Of a DNA stretch of 64,000 nucleotides, positions 20,601 through 29,193 are shown piece after piece. Origin of the DNA: a virus (lineage: Duplodnaviria > Heunggongvirae > Uroviricota > Caudoviricetes); the IMG/VR virus record IMGVR_UViG_3300029286_001043, positions 28,228 through 92,227 of that record; one strand, given 5' to 3'. The notes under the pieces were generated by a model. The model did no database searches, was not told the DNA's origin, and saw only the letters and a program-made list of their open reading frames with translations. Position 1 is the first letter of the stretch. Each line of letters starts with the position of its first letter. Made by a program: the position numbers and the translations under genes.

Positions 20601-23125
20601 TATTTTCCGGATTTAGGATTAAATATATAATTTCGTTGATCCTTATTTCGTCTAGTATATAATGGCATAAGACTTTCACCTTCAATCAGATCTTTAGCTT
20701 CTTTATACTCCCCATCTCTCAGCATAAACCTATGATCCGGAGTACAATCAATATACAATTCGTTATCTAAATGGACTCTTACTAATTCAGCATTCAATCT
20801 AGTCTTCTGAACATTTATTATTTTATCCGGTTCAAAAGCTTTAGTTTCAGTATTAATACTATATACATATTTCCCAATATATTTATTAGGATCATCAGCC
20901 ATTTCCTTAATAGTAGGATTAGATCCACTTAGCAAACTTATTTTTGTATTTCCTCGAAGACATAAATTCTTCTTCAATACTGCGCCGTACTCGTCTAATA
21001 TTGCAGTAACAGCATCGGCATTTGAATTCTTGTCTACTCCAATCAGGAATACTCTCTGTCCCTGTCCTCGTACTACTCTGCTCATCAACAAAGAATCTTC
21101 CGCCATCTTCAATCGTTTGTAAGGAACTAATGCATTATTCAATACACTCGTTCCATATTTACTTGATACTCTTCGAGCATCTGGAGTTAGCATACTCATA
21201 GGGTTATATCCTTGTGTTGCCGAATCTCCAAATATAACTCTTCTCTTCTTCGTACCCAATAATCTGAAGTGGGCAAATGCATATGGAGGCAATAGAGTTT
21301 CAGCTGTATTCACTGACATTCCGGCTTGACCTGGCGTCTTAAAGAATCCGACCAATCTTCCGTCTACGTCTACTCTTGAATAATCTAATGGATGGGCCGA
21401 ATCTTCTACACTTACAATCCCTACTCCTGGAATTGCATTGATCTGGACGAACATATCACCATACAGACAATTATGAACAAATACCCCAGCCCCAACTGAA
21501 AAATTATGATTTTTAGTTGTAGTTATATCATATACATCTTCACGTTCAATTAATCGTTCAACTCTAACTACTTTATGATTCAAATATTCTTTGCGTTTAC
21601 TCAACATTACCAGACAATTAGCCGTTCTAGCTAATCTCTGCTTTTCAGTTATTTCTATTTTAATATGATTTTCTTTACGAAAAGAATTAATTAATGAATA
21701 AGTTGTATTTTGTTTAGTATTATGGCATTCCTCACAAAGTGTTATTCCATTACTTATATCCCAAAATGGTTTCCAAGTCATTGCTAACCTAACCAATATT
21801 TCCTTATCTTCAATAGGAGAAAATTGTGAATAATGTTTAAGAAATTCAGTTAATAATATAGAAAAAGGAATAATATGATGTGATCTAAGATGATGGCCTA
21901 TCTTTCCACATTCCTGACAGGTATAACTATCACGTTCAAAAACTTCCTTTCTCCAAAATTTATATTCTTCTAATTTATGGATAAGACCATATAAATTAAT
22001 ATGAATAAGACCTTTCCAACCGCTTTTCCGAATTGGTATATTAAATCTTCTTAAACGATCAGCTATAACCCCGCCGGGTACATTAATTATATTCGATATC
22101 TGTGGAATTGAAAACATTTGTTTTAAATATAAATCTTCTAAAAGTTCACGAGTAATAATATATTTATATTTTTTCTCTTTAACTATATTTCGGTTTTGAA
22201 CTATTTTTTGAGTTTCAGTCTTTGAACGAAGTGGAATACCGAATTTCCTTAAATAACAATCAACCGATGCACAGCCGATTAACTTGGTTATCCAAAGCAC
22301 AGAAAACTTTTTATTAACATAATTTTCGATCAAAAAATCCTTAGTTAAACTTAATTTTTGTTTTGAATACCAAAGGTTATCCTCAGGATTATAAACTCCA
22401 ATACCACCTTTATAGGCCTTAGTATACAACGGCATAAGACTTTCGCCTTCAACTAAATCCTTAGCTTCTTTGAACTGACCATCTCTCAGCATAAACCTAT
22501 GATTATTCGTACAATCGACATATTCACCATTGTCTAAATGAACGCGAACTAATTCAGCGTTCAGACGAGTTTTATAAACCCCAGCAATAGTATCTACTTC
22601 CAATCTCATAGTTTCAGGATTAACACTCCATAAATACTTCCCAACATATTCTTTCGAATTTTCAGCCATTTCTTTAATAGATGGCTGAGAACCGTCTAAA
22701 AGATTAATCTTCGTATTTCCCCGTAAACACATCGTGTACGCCCAATCGTATATTACTTCTTCTAAATTTATACTATCAAACAGCTTGTCAATCTGGTATT
22801 GATATTCCTTACTCTTTGCATCTGCCCATACAGTAACATTGTTTGTCGTACTCTTGCTCGTGCTGAAGTCTGAATACAGTTCTACAGCTGAACTCATCAA
22901 TGGGTGTTCTACGCTCGCCTTCTCCACTGCTACATATACCGATCGCCGGTCCGTAGCGACCTGGAGCATCTGTTGAATTGCCTTGTTCAGATCAGAGGTT
23001 ACAATCCCAATTCGCTTAAATTGCTCTTTCTCTACTTCTGATGTCTTGATTACTGGTAATTCCTTGGCAGGTATGACAGAAGTACTAGGACTTAACTTCT
23101 TACGCAGATAATTGATAATGTCCAA
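17690..23125 (-). CDS. gp20: portal protein (T4 gp20-like) interrupted by three inteins; 1811-aa precursor, ~575-aa spliced extein
   Basis: Extein segment ...DIKWIRDIEELRDQLSCALRVPLQLLGG... aligns with T4 gp20 ...[20 protein letters not shown].... Located just after TerL. Three insertions each start CLRGNTKI(N/S)LL, contain a TxxH block (DCT(N/P)(N/D)HRFM) and end (V/I)F(V/L)HN followed by C/S/S. TTG start with AAGGAG RBS. Confidence 0.8.
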   Translation of the reverse strand: MDIINYLRKKLSPSTSVIPAKELPVIKTSEVEKEQFKRIGIVTSDLNKAIQQMLQVATDRRSVYVAVEKASVEHPLMSSAVELYSDFSTSKSTTNNVTVWADAKSKEYQYQIDKLFDSINLEEVIYDWAYTMCLRGNTKINLLDGSQPSIKEMAENSKEYVGKYLWSVNPETMRLEVDTIAGVYKTRLNAELVRVHLDNGEYVDCTNNHRFMLRDGQFKEAKDLVEGESLMPLYTKAYKGGIGVYNPEDNLWYSKQKLSLTKDFLIENYVNKKFSVLWITKLIGCASVDCYLRKFGIPLRSKTETQKIVQNRNIVKEKKYKYIITRELLEDLYLKQMFSIPQISNIINVPGGVIADRLRRFNIPIRKSGWKGLIHINLYGLIHKLEEYKFWRKEVFERDSYTCQECGKIGHHLRSHHIIPFSILLTEFLKHYSQFSPIEDKEILVRLAMTWKPFWDISNGITLCEECHNTKQNTTYSLINSFRKENHIKIEITEKQRLARTANCLVMLSKRKEYLNHKVVRVERLIEREDVYDITTTKNHNFSVGAGVFVHNCLYGDMFVQINAIPGVGIVSVEDSAHPLDYSRVDVDGRLVGFFKTPGQAGMSVNTAETLLPPYAFAHFRLLGTKKRRVIFGDSATQGYNPMSMLTPDARRVSSKYGTSVLNNALVPYKRLKMAEDSLLMSRVVRGQGQRVFLIGVDKNSNADAVTAILDEYGAVLKKNLCLRGNTKISLLSGSNPTIKEMADDPNKYIGKYVYSINTETKAFEPDKIINVQKTRLNAELVRVHLDNELYIDCTPDHRFMLRDGEYKEAKDLIEGESLMPLYTRRNKDQRNYIFNPKSGKYELVFKTAFEFLFGKTPKGHVIHHKNFRKCDDDPSNLKFELRGRHLALHNIQNSKDGKYKTYNKSLKLGWSKGLTKETDERLAKKAETYLVKKSLGLVKPHVTKGLTKENSHICAKISKSRTGYKRPIENINKQKESRRNNFLAGKRYLRLPHEIRFCKCGCGYSKEVIITSLWQYAVGHNRKNKPMTEEHKQKIGVKNKGTIHSAESKKHMSEGHLGIKPSPETLKRRSESLKLAWARRKLEPAIINHKVVRVERLVIREDTYDITTERNHNFGLTDGIFVHNSLDISATSPNPYKERMDNLCLRGNTKISLLDGTEPTIEEMAEKPNEYIGKSVWTINEQTLELEPNKLVGVCKTRLNAELIRVHLDNEQYIDCTPDHRFMLRNGEYKMAKDLGQSESLMPLYTKIATNPGLPGYRLVYNPADNQYHYEHRLVFKKSNSEKPKRGMSIHHIDFNKLNNDPTNFELMHYIDHWAYHSKFGGQWSKEHCTGKTYEEIYGEEKAEQIKVKQRKHSFSKTRKNKTYIELYGENKAKQIKEQLSISHIGQIQQNKGKKLGSYDKIYGKDKAKIIKSKQKKSAKKLRQLTCPLCYITWLGTAGSLGAHINSCPSGPKFKIEYKNRRETRTCACGCGETFECIKTHTQKYKNREHYDRVIGETITKIWTERKQKVQSDLAVIQNHKVIRVEQLIEREDTYDIQIEHNHNFPVAAGVFLHNSAVEDIILPVWGDVNSVRIEKLGGEVDIKWIRDIEELRDQLSCALRVPLQLLGGYQKDVPSGIGSNNFERLDIRFSRQCRRIQRALIVGLTRLVQIHLAYQGKDPDLEMFELKMGETSTAENAELMEGLSSGADVVTKMVEILNTTLGETGYNKLEVLKYFNEKILHLSDFDFDKVVKEVEQQVGPLTTPEIPEEGEVGGAPMAAGAGENPFKASINARIDNSDLKAALPLNEGKNTKWEEQYGKAKIIPESFNK
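18458..19693 (-). other. intein 3 in portal (412 aa, HNH + NUMOD-like repeats + Zn fingers)
   Basis: CLRGNTKISLLDG...AAGVFLHN followed by SAVEDII. Contains MSIHHIDFNKLNNDPTNFELMHYIDHWAYH and YGEEKAEQIK / YGENKAKQIK / YGKDKAKIIK repeats. Only 19 extein residues separate it from intein 2. Confidence 0.75.
19751..20962 (-). other. intein 2 in portal (404 aa, HNH-like + NUMOD-like repeats)
   Basis: CLRGNTKISLLSG...GIFVHN followed by SLDISAT. Contains HVIHHKNFRKCDDDPSNLKFEL...HLALHN and WSKGLTKETDERLAKK repeats. Confidence 0.75.
21470..22729 (-). other. intein 1 in portal (420 aa, HNH endonuclease insert)
   Basis: Begins CLRGNTKINLLDG after extein ...YDWAYTM and ends ...GAGVFVHN before CLYGD. 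HNH motif YTCQECGKIGHHLRSHHIIPFS...NGITLCEECHN. Boundary checked at nucleotide level (aat at 21470-21472). Confidence 0.75.
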
Positions 23126-23208
23126 TGATTGATCTCCTTATAGGATTAGAGTGCCCAGATGCACGAAAAGGTCTTTCTGTACTGGTCTCTTAATAATAAA
23201 TAAAATGA

Positions 23209-23865
23209 TTATATTATTTTTTTTCTTAACTCTTTGCCTGCTAAATACTTTCTACATTTGTTTAATACTTCTTCTACCTTCTTTATCGACTTCCAATACG
23301 GAATCCCAATCTTCTTATATAGATCTTTGAATTTAACACGATTTAAGTACTTCTCTTCCAATATATTAAACCCATCTACCTCGGTTCTAAGATCTTCTAT
23401 CATCCTAATTTCATCCAATTTCTCCCTCAGGTCTTCCGTATAGTAGTTTACCGCATTCTTCTCCAACCACTCCATGTCTTCAATACTGATGTTTGACTGT
23501 TCTTTGATCTTTACTCGGTATGAAGCGAGGAGTTCGATCTTCAGATATGACCCAATCCGAAGACAGATCTGAGTTGAATCCCAAGTAACTGGCATTGAGA
23601 TCAGACTCTTATGAAGAGCAATTACACTGATATTGAAGAGTTCTCGGATATCCTCGTCGGCCAGAAAACTCTTGAATTTTCGCTTGAAATAGAAACACAT
23701 TTGAAGAAGGAAGTATTCAAACCGAAAAACTAGAAGACTGAATAATTCAGAACTCTTGGTTTCTTTATACTTCAGAATCAGTTCCTTGACTTCTACCATC
23801 GACAGGTTAAGGAGTATATGGAGTTCCTCGTTCCTAATTCGTGCTTCGTCAGGTCTATTGTCCAA
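23209..23865 (-). CDS. hypothetical protein between TerL and portal
   Basis: 218-aa ORF. The 5' half is noticeably more GC-rich than the very AT-rich 3' half. No confident motif. Confidence 0.4.
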   Translation of the reverse strand: MDNRPDEARIRNEELHILLNLSMVEVKELILKYKETKSSELFSLLVFRFEYFLLQMCFYFKRKFKSFLADEDIRELFNISVIALHKSLISMPVTWDSTQICLRIGSYLKIELLASYRVKIKEQSNISIEDMEWLEKNAVNYYTEDLREKLDEIRMIEDLRTEVDGFNILEEKYLNRVKFKDLYKKIGIPYWKSIKKVEEVLNKCRKYLAGKELRKKII

Positions 23866-25846
23866 TTCTGCGTTTCCTCATAATTTCTGCTAGGTTCTTC
23901 ATTCCTTCGCTAGTCTGAACTTGAATAATCTCTTGCCCATCAGGAGCAAACATCTTCAGATCTATCTTTTCAGTCTTACCTAATAGATTAGAATTCGACC
24001 TCCTGATCAGATCTACCATTAGCCCAGCCGGAATCTGAGGATTTGTATTCAATAGAGCTCGATATATCGACTGGGCAATCGCGTCAGCCATATCCTTGCT
24101 TCCTTCCATTATTACTTCCCTTGTTTCCCCACTATCTAAAAACTCGACATCAGCAATCGTCTCAGGGTGGTCGACCTTTCCGGTAGTTGGGTCCTTCTCT
24201 AAATTGGCTAGCTCGATCAATATCATCGGGTGACGATGGCAGATCCATCTCTTTTCATAAATAAGATTTATTAAATCTAGATATGGCTTCGGATCTTTGT
24301 CTACACTCTGGTACTCAGTCTTTACCCCGGCTGCTGAAAGCAATTGGAATGTATCTTCAGCAGCAAGAGGCAAATCAGATGAAAATTCGGCAATGATAAA
24401 TCCTACGGCTTTCAAATCCAATACTAGTTTCCTAATCTTATGGATCGGAATCCGATCTCCTTCTTTCGCCTTGATCCTCATTACAAAATCGGTTTCTATT
24501 ACCGGCATATTATATTTGACAAATGTCCCGTCTTCCTTTTGAGCTGTTATTTCTTTCCATTCTTTTACACACGACATTGCTAGCGCAGCAGCATCATGAG
24601 TAAAAGCAATGTCGAAACTGACAAACCGCTGAACTGTCCTCGGAACTCTGATCGCAGTCAAATCTAAATACCACATCAAATCTACTTCATCCTTCAGCCC
24701 TATACTTATAGTCTGAACTTTAACAGGATCTCGCTTAGTCTCGTCAAAACATTCTATAATCAGATTCTCAGAAGGAATCAGCTTCGACTTCCTCATTCCT
24801 TCTACGGTAATGCCAGCAGTATCGCGAAGTGATCCAATAATGTCCTGTTGAAATTCAGCTTTGAATTCAACCGGCACTTCAATTATATTGAACCCTTTGG
24901 CCTTATGCTCAACCGCTTCGGACTTATCTATTATCTTTGATGGATTAAAAGCATCGCCTATCGCTATCACAAACTTCTCTCCACAGAAAATATGCTTAGG
25001 TTTTGCTTCCCATAAAGGAATATCAAACACCTTTACCTGTGGGTCATTCTTCATCTTAGTAATAAAGTTATCAATGAAAGACTGTTCGCCTTGCCTAGAA
25101 GCAACCAAGAATAACTTTCCTAAACTATACCCAGTCGAAGCAAAGGTATTTTTAAACCTACGAGCGGTTGCGTCGTAGGCGGCAAGCACTCTAGCCTTCT
25201 GCTTTGCCCCTTCATTAGGAGAATCAACCTCGTCTAGAATTCCGCATACTACATCTGACCCTATAACTGCAAATCCTTTGGCGTAAGGAGAAGCTAGTAA
25301 ATATTCAAACAGACTAAATTCCAGCAGTTCTTCTCCTTTAGACTTAGAAACATAAGAAGCCTGTTTTATAAACCATGGAGATTTAGCAAGAAAAGACTGA
25401 AGTTTAGTAAATCCCCTTGAACTTCCTAGACTCTTAGTCAGATTGAAGAAACTGATTGACATCTTTCCGCCGATCGCCAATGAAAAGTATTTCCATGGAT
25501 CTCTAAGAAGAAGCAGTAGGTACATAATATAACAAATTGAATACAGCGCAATCGTAGATTTCCCAGTTCGAATACCGCCGGTAAATACGATATACAACTT
25601 CGAATTGTCCGAAAATATTTCCTTTAAGGCTTCTTTCCAAATAGGATATACAGCTTTGCCATTATCGGTAACTCTACCTAGATATCTATCATCCGAGATA
25701 AAGGTAATAATATCTACAGGAACTTCTTTATAAATCTTAAGAAGCTCCATCTCTCGGATGGTCCTCATTTCCTTTAATGATCTTTTCTTCTCGGTCATAA
25801 TAAAAAAGCGGCAGCCAAGAGAACAATTTACTGTTCCCTCAACCAC
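23855..25846 (-). CDS. gp17: terminase large subunit (T4 gp17-like ATPase/nuclease)
   Basis: Walker A FTGGIRTGKST, ~660 aa, immediately upstream of the portal. GTG start in the track; alternative Met (MTEKKRS) 16 codons in. Confidence 0.8.
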   Translation of the reverse strand: MVEGTVNCSLGCRFFIMTEKKRSLKEMRTIREMELLKIYKEVPVDIITFISDDRYLGRVTDNGKAVYPIWKEALKEIFSDNSKLYIVFTGGIRTGKSTIALYSICYIMYLLLLLRDPWKYFSLAIGGKMSISFFNLTKSLGSSRGFTKLQSFLAKSPWFIKQASYVSKSKGEELLEFSLFEYLLASPYAKGFAVIGSDVVCGILDEVDSPNEGAKQKARVLAAYDATARRFKNTFASTGYSLGKLFLVASRQGEQSFIDNFITKMKNDPQVKVFDIPLWEAKPKHIFCGEKFVIAIGDAFNPSKIIDKSEAVEHKAKGFNIIEVPVEFKAEFQQDIIGSLRDTAGITVEGMRKSKLIPSENLIIECFDETKRDPVKVQTISIGLKDEVDLMWYLDLTAIRVPRTVQRFVSFDIAFTHDAAALAMSCVKEWKEITAQKEDGTFVKYNMPVIETDFVMRIKAKEGDRIPIHKIRKLVLDLKAVGFIIAEFSSDLPLAAEDTFQLLSAAGVKTEYQSVDKDPKPYLDLINLIYEKRWICHRHPMILIELANLEKDPTTGKVDHPETIADVEFLDSGETREVIMEGSKDMADAIAQSIYRALLNTNPQIPAGLMVDLIRRSNSNLLGKTEKIDLKMFAPDGQEIIQVQTSEGMKNLAEIMRKRRIGQ

Positions 25847-25873
25847 CGCCTCCAGTAATTCTGGTCAGCTTAA

Positions 25874-26053
25874 ATTATTTTTTAATTTCTCTTACTTCCC
25901 ATCTAGCACGTTTAATATTTGGATCTCCTATTCCAGCTATTGCTGGAACTTCAGCTTTATTTAACATAAATTCAATTTCCTTTCCAGTAATACCATCATC
26001 ATAACCATCTGATAGATAAGAAAATCTATTTATTTCGAATTTTTTATTCTTCA
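25874..26053 (-). CDS. small hypothetical protein (59 aa) between putative TerS and TerL
   Basis: Hand-found ORF MKNKKFEINRFSYLSDGYDDGITGKEIEFMLNKAEVPAIAGIGDPNIKRARWEVREIKK with upstream AGGA. Below the track length cut-off. Confidence 0.3.
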
Positions 26054-26184
26054 TAATTTATCCTAACTTCTTTCTCTGTTCAATAATTTCGCCAGACACG
26101 ATCTTCCCATCCTGAACTTTAAGATCGGCAATCAGAGTACCAAATCCTAATTTCTCAGCCTCTTCACTTAACTGCTCAAATATT

Positions 26185-26874
26185 TTATTTTGCTTCAGGT
26201 TCTTGTCCTGGCTGTTCACTTTCAACCTCTAGTTGTTCTAGTTTTAATATTTCTTTAGTGAGATTATCTATAAACCGCTGCCTATCCATAGGAGATAACT
26301 TATCTAAATCCTTAGGCAATCCATCAACTTCATCCTTCCCTTTACCTGTCATTACAATTACATTCTGCTTTCTATTAATTACTACACTAGGATCTTGGGC
26401 TTTAGTATATCCCATCTCTTTAGCAAAAGCAATTAAATGCTTATCCTCTTCTCGAAGTTCAGTCAGCAACTCTTTCTTAATCCGATATATATCCATATAA
26501 CTAGCAATCTCGGTCTCAGCCTTCAAATGACAACCTAAACATTCATACCAATTATCTAATGAATCTTCATGTAATTTAACAGCTGAATGACAGCATACTG
26601 ATACTCGACCCTGTTCAGCACCATCCAGACTTCCTAACATTTCAAGTATTCTAATCCGACGAGCCTTATACCCAACACTGATAAAACTCATAATTGATTC
26701 AGCTACTGCATTTCGTTCAGGCGAAGTCTCGGTCTTCTTTATTTTAGCGATTCTACTTAACACATACTCTTCAGGCAACCCGACCTCTTGCAGTACTAAG
26801 CTTATATCCCCTAAATTACGAAGATATGACTTCTTTATCTGCTCGTCAACTCTAAACTTGTCAAGATTATTCAC
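26185..26874 (-). CDS. hypothetical protein, positional candidate for terminase small subunit
   Basis: 229-aa ORF just upstream of TerL with a CCHS...CLGCH metal-binding motif. No sequence support beyond position. Confidence 0.3.
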   Translation of the reverse strand: MNNLDKFRVDEQIKKSYLRNLGDISLVLQEVGLPEEYVLSRIAKIKKTETSPERNAVAESIMSFISVGYKARRIRILEMLGSLDGAEQGRVSVCCHSAVKLHEDSLDNWYECLGCHLKAETEIASYMDIYRIKKELLTELREEDKHLIAFAKEMGYTKAQDPSVVINRKQNVIVMTGKGKDEVDGLPKDLDKLSPMDRQRFIDNLTKEILKLEQLEVESEQPGQEPEAK

Positions 26875-27598
26875 TCAGATCCTCTCGATCAATAATGGCT
26901 AATACATCAACTTCATGCAAAATAAGTAACTTTTCACCATCCTTGTTTGTAATTGAATTAAACGAATTCTTACTAAATACTACCGTATCACCAACCTTTA
27001 CCGACATAGATGAAATAGTACCATCATCTAAAAGACGACCCTTCCCTACACTAATTACCTTACCCTTCGGCTGTTCTTGTTGAATTGATTCAGGTAAAGC
27101 TATTCCTCCTCGAGATTGCGTCTCAGGAGTCAATTGCTTAACTATAATACGATCCGCTAATGGTTCTATCTCCATATTCTCTCCCCTCGATACCCCCTTT
27201 ATATCCTGATACCCCATATATGGTATTCTATATGACTTGTTATCCGTTCCTTCAACATCATAGCGCCAAGGTATTCCTTTGTCATATACCACTATATCAC
27301 CGACTTCAATTTCAGGTTTAATAAATATCTTTCCGTTTCTAAGATATCCAGGCCCAACTGTTAATACCATACCACAATCACGTTCAATATTTGACTGAAC
27401 TGAATCAGGTATAATAATTAAACTTCGGCTCCTTCGAACATATAGCGGATATATAAATACAATATCCCTTACCGCTTGCAGCGGAAAATTAACGCCGCCA
27501 CACGCCGGACAAACAAATGGGACATTATACTTATTTACATTACCCTTTATCTGAGACTTTACTTTTTCTGAGTCGAGTCCACAAGTATTACAATTCAT
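26867..27598 (-). CDS. groES: co-chaperonin: N-terminal Zn ribbon + two tandem GroES (Cpn10) domains (gp31 functional analogue)
   Basis: C-terminal EIEPLADRIIVKQLTPETQSRGGIALPESIQQEQPKGKVISVGKG...VKVGDTVVFSK...GEKLLILHEVDVLAIID is a canonical GroES. The preceding ~100 aa (LIIIPDSVQSNIERDCGMVLTVGPGY...EIEVGDIVVYDKG) repeat the same pattern. N-terminus has CNTCG...CPACGG. Confidence 0.7.
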   Translation of the reverse strand: MNCNTCGLDSEKVKSQIKGNVNKYNVPFVCPACGGVNFPLQAVRDIVFIYPLYVRRSRSLIIIPDSVQSNIERDCGMVLTVGPGYLRNGKIFIKPEIEVGDIVVYDKGIPWRYDVEGTDNKSYRIPYMGYQDIKGVSRGENMEIEPLADRIIVKQLTPETQSRGGIALPESIQQEQPKGKVISVGKGRLLDDGTISSMSVKVGDTVVFSKNSFNSITNKDGEKLLILHEVDVLAIIDREDLSE

Positions 27599-27993
27599 TA
27601 TTTAGTCTCCGCTGGAGCTTCCATTGCTTTTTCAATATCTTCAACAAACTTCTCTAATACTAGTATATCATCGGCCGACATTCTCAAATTCTTGATATAA
27701 TCGAACTTAATCAGCGGCATATCAATTTCAACCTCAACCTGAAGAAGTTTAATATATTCTTCGTTAAACGCGGCCATATTTTCAGGAGGAACTTGAGACC
27801 CACCTTTTTCATCTTTCTTACCGTATTTATCAATCAAATTAATACGCGCATGCTCCATCGTATTCATTTCGCTATCTAATCTCTTGATCAACCTACTAAC
27901 CCAATATGCAGATTTAAATTCAGCCGGTATACCGGTAATCTTTTTCATTGCATTCTCTGCGCTCTTAATCTCTAATCTTGTAACCTTAATCAT
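27598..27993 (-). CDS. hypothetical protein
   Basis: 131-aa ORF. Confidence 0.4.
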   Translation of the reverse strand: MIKVTRLEIKSAENAMKKITGIPAEFKSAYWVSRLIKRLDSEMNTMEHARINLIDKYGKKDEKGGSQVPPENMAAFNEEYIKLLQVEVEIDMPLIKFDYIKNLRMSADDILVLEKFVEDIEKAMEAPAETK

Positions 27994-28004
27994 TTTAGTT
28001 CCTC

Positions 28005-28238
28005 CTATTTACTCGGTTTCTTTACCTGGTCAACATAAAAATCTACAGGTTTTAATTCTTTTCGCTTTACTGACAACTTATTATTTGGATTGATTACCTC
28101 CTTTTCTCGGCATTTAGTCAAATGACCGTGCCATTTTTTAATTCCTCGTACTTTCTTCTCATAAGCTTCAACCCCCCTCTTCTTCATTGGGGTTTCTCTA
28201 CGCCTTGTACTTGTTTTTACTGTCTTTTCTTTTCCCAC
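28005..28238 (-). CDS. small basic (Lys/Arg-rich) protein, paralogue of ORF 33436..33666
   Basis: 77 aa. C-terminal ...KRKELKPVDFYVDQVKK matches ...YRKELKPLDFYISKIRK in the paralogue. Similar size and charge. Confidence 0.45.
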   Translation of the reverse strand: MGKEKTVKTSTRRRETPMKKRGVEAYEKKVRGIKKWHGHLTKCREKEVINPNNKLSVKRKELKPVDFYVDQVKKPSK

Positions 28239-28247
28239 ATATCCTCC

Positions 28248-28748
28248 TTAATCCCACAAATTAAAATAATACTTCTGAAAGTTCTTCCACCCATCCTCGT
28301 ATTTCTGGACTTCTTCTAGCGTCATTACATATAGACAACTCTTAAATTGTTCCTTTCTTTTATTATATTCTTCAACAGTAAATTCAGAACTAGGAATATA
28401 ATACCAATCAGGATCACCATTTAAAATTTTATCAGCAACTTCAAAACTGTATATCATACTATCCAATATTTTATCCCATGCTTCAGAATTAGCTTTATCA
28501 TCAATATCGTTAGGATCCTGGCCTTCTTTATATACTGTAACTGGATAACCACATTTATTCTTTCTCAAATGTTTTAATCCGCCGAGAATAACGTCAGTTA
28601 AATAATAATCAAATCCCCAAGTATCTGAAACCGCCCAGCCACGCTTACCTCTCTGAATAAATGTTCTAATTGCTCTAGGCCGTTCTTCAACCCAGTTCCA
28701 AATACCATGCCGAAATAACCAATAAATGTGATCTATTCTATTTCCCAT
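28248..28748 (-). CDS. hypothetical protein (Trp-rich)
   Basis: 166-aa ORF. Confidence 0.45.
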   Translation of the reverse strand: MGNRIDHIYWLFRHGIWNWVEERPRAIRTFIQRGKRGWAVSDTWGFDYYLTDVILGGLKHLRKNKCGYPVTVYKEGQDPNDIDDKANSEAWDKILDSMIYSFEVADKILNGDPDWYYIPSSEFTVEEYNKRKEQFKSCLYVMTLEEVQKYEDGWKNFQKYYFNLWD

Positions 28749-29013
28749 TCTTATTCCGCCTCCGTATTTCTTTATCTAATACCCCAGGAGCAAGAAAAGC
28801 CAGCGCTGAATAAAGAGCTGAACAAATAAACAGTGCCTCTTTTACCGTCATCTCTAAATTAAATTTAGACAACATTCCGCGTGAACACAGCCAAATATTA
28901 TCCTTATGAAATTTAGTTGGAGTAATACAGATCCCGGAACAAATAAAATTACCTTGTTTACCCTTTACTATCATACACGACTGACAGTTCTTAATCATTT
29001 TCGGACATTTCAT
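28738..29013 (-). CDS. small Cys-rich protein with C-terminal hydrophobic segment
   Basis: 91 aa with CPKMIKNCQSC...CSGIC and a hydrophobic stretch. Confidence 0.35.
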   Translation of the reverse strand: MKCPKMIKNCQSCMIVKGKQGNFICSGICITPTKFHKDNIWLCSRGMLSKFNLEMTVKEALFICSALYSALAFLAPGVLDKEIRRRNKNGK

Positions 29014-29193
29014 ATTAACTCTGCAGCTCCTTTAAAGTAATAGCTTTAGTATTCGCCATATTATGATTTATAATCTCTTCAACTTTCTTATCTAATGCTT
29101 CAATAAAATCCTTAGAACATCTCTTCTCATTTGCTTTAATTAATTTCTTTACTGATGATACTTTTAAATAATTAGCCATTTTATTCCTCCTTT

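Noticed and set aside
23123-23125. Non-ATG (TTG) start of the portal gene and GTG/TTG starts of several other ORFs
   Set aside because: Not an anomaly: the TTG is preceded by AAGGAG at optimal spacing. The ORF track evidently allows alternative starts.
23209-23865. Sigma-factor assignment for the 218-aa ORF between TerL and portal
   Set aside because: Some helix-rich segments vaguely resemble sigma region 2/4, but no convincing motif. The compositional break within the ORF more likely reflects mosaic origin.
26058-26190. Possible +1 frameshift extension of ORF 26185..26874 into the open frame over 26060-26180 (...EAEKLGFGTLIADLKVQDGKIVSGEIIEQRKKLG)
   Set aside because: The downstream frame is open for ~38 codons but has no start codon, and only an A-rich sequence (GCAAAATAAAA) at the junction. 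No established slippery heptamer, and too short to distinguish from chance.
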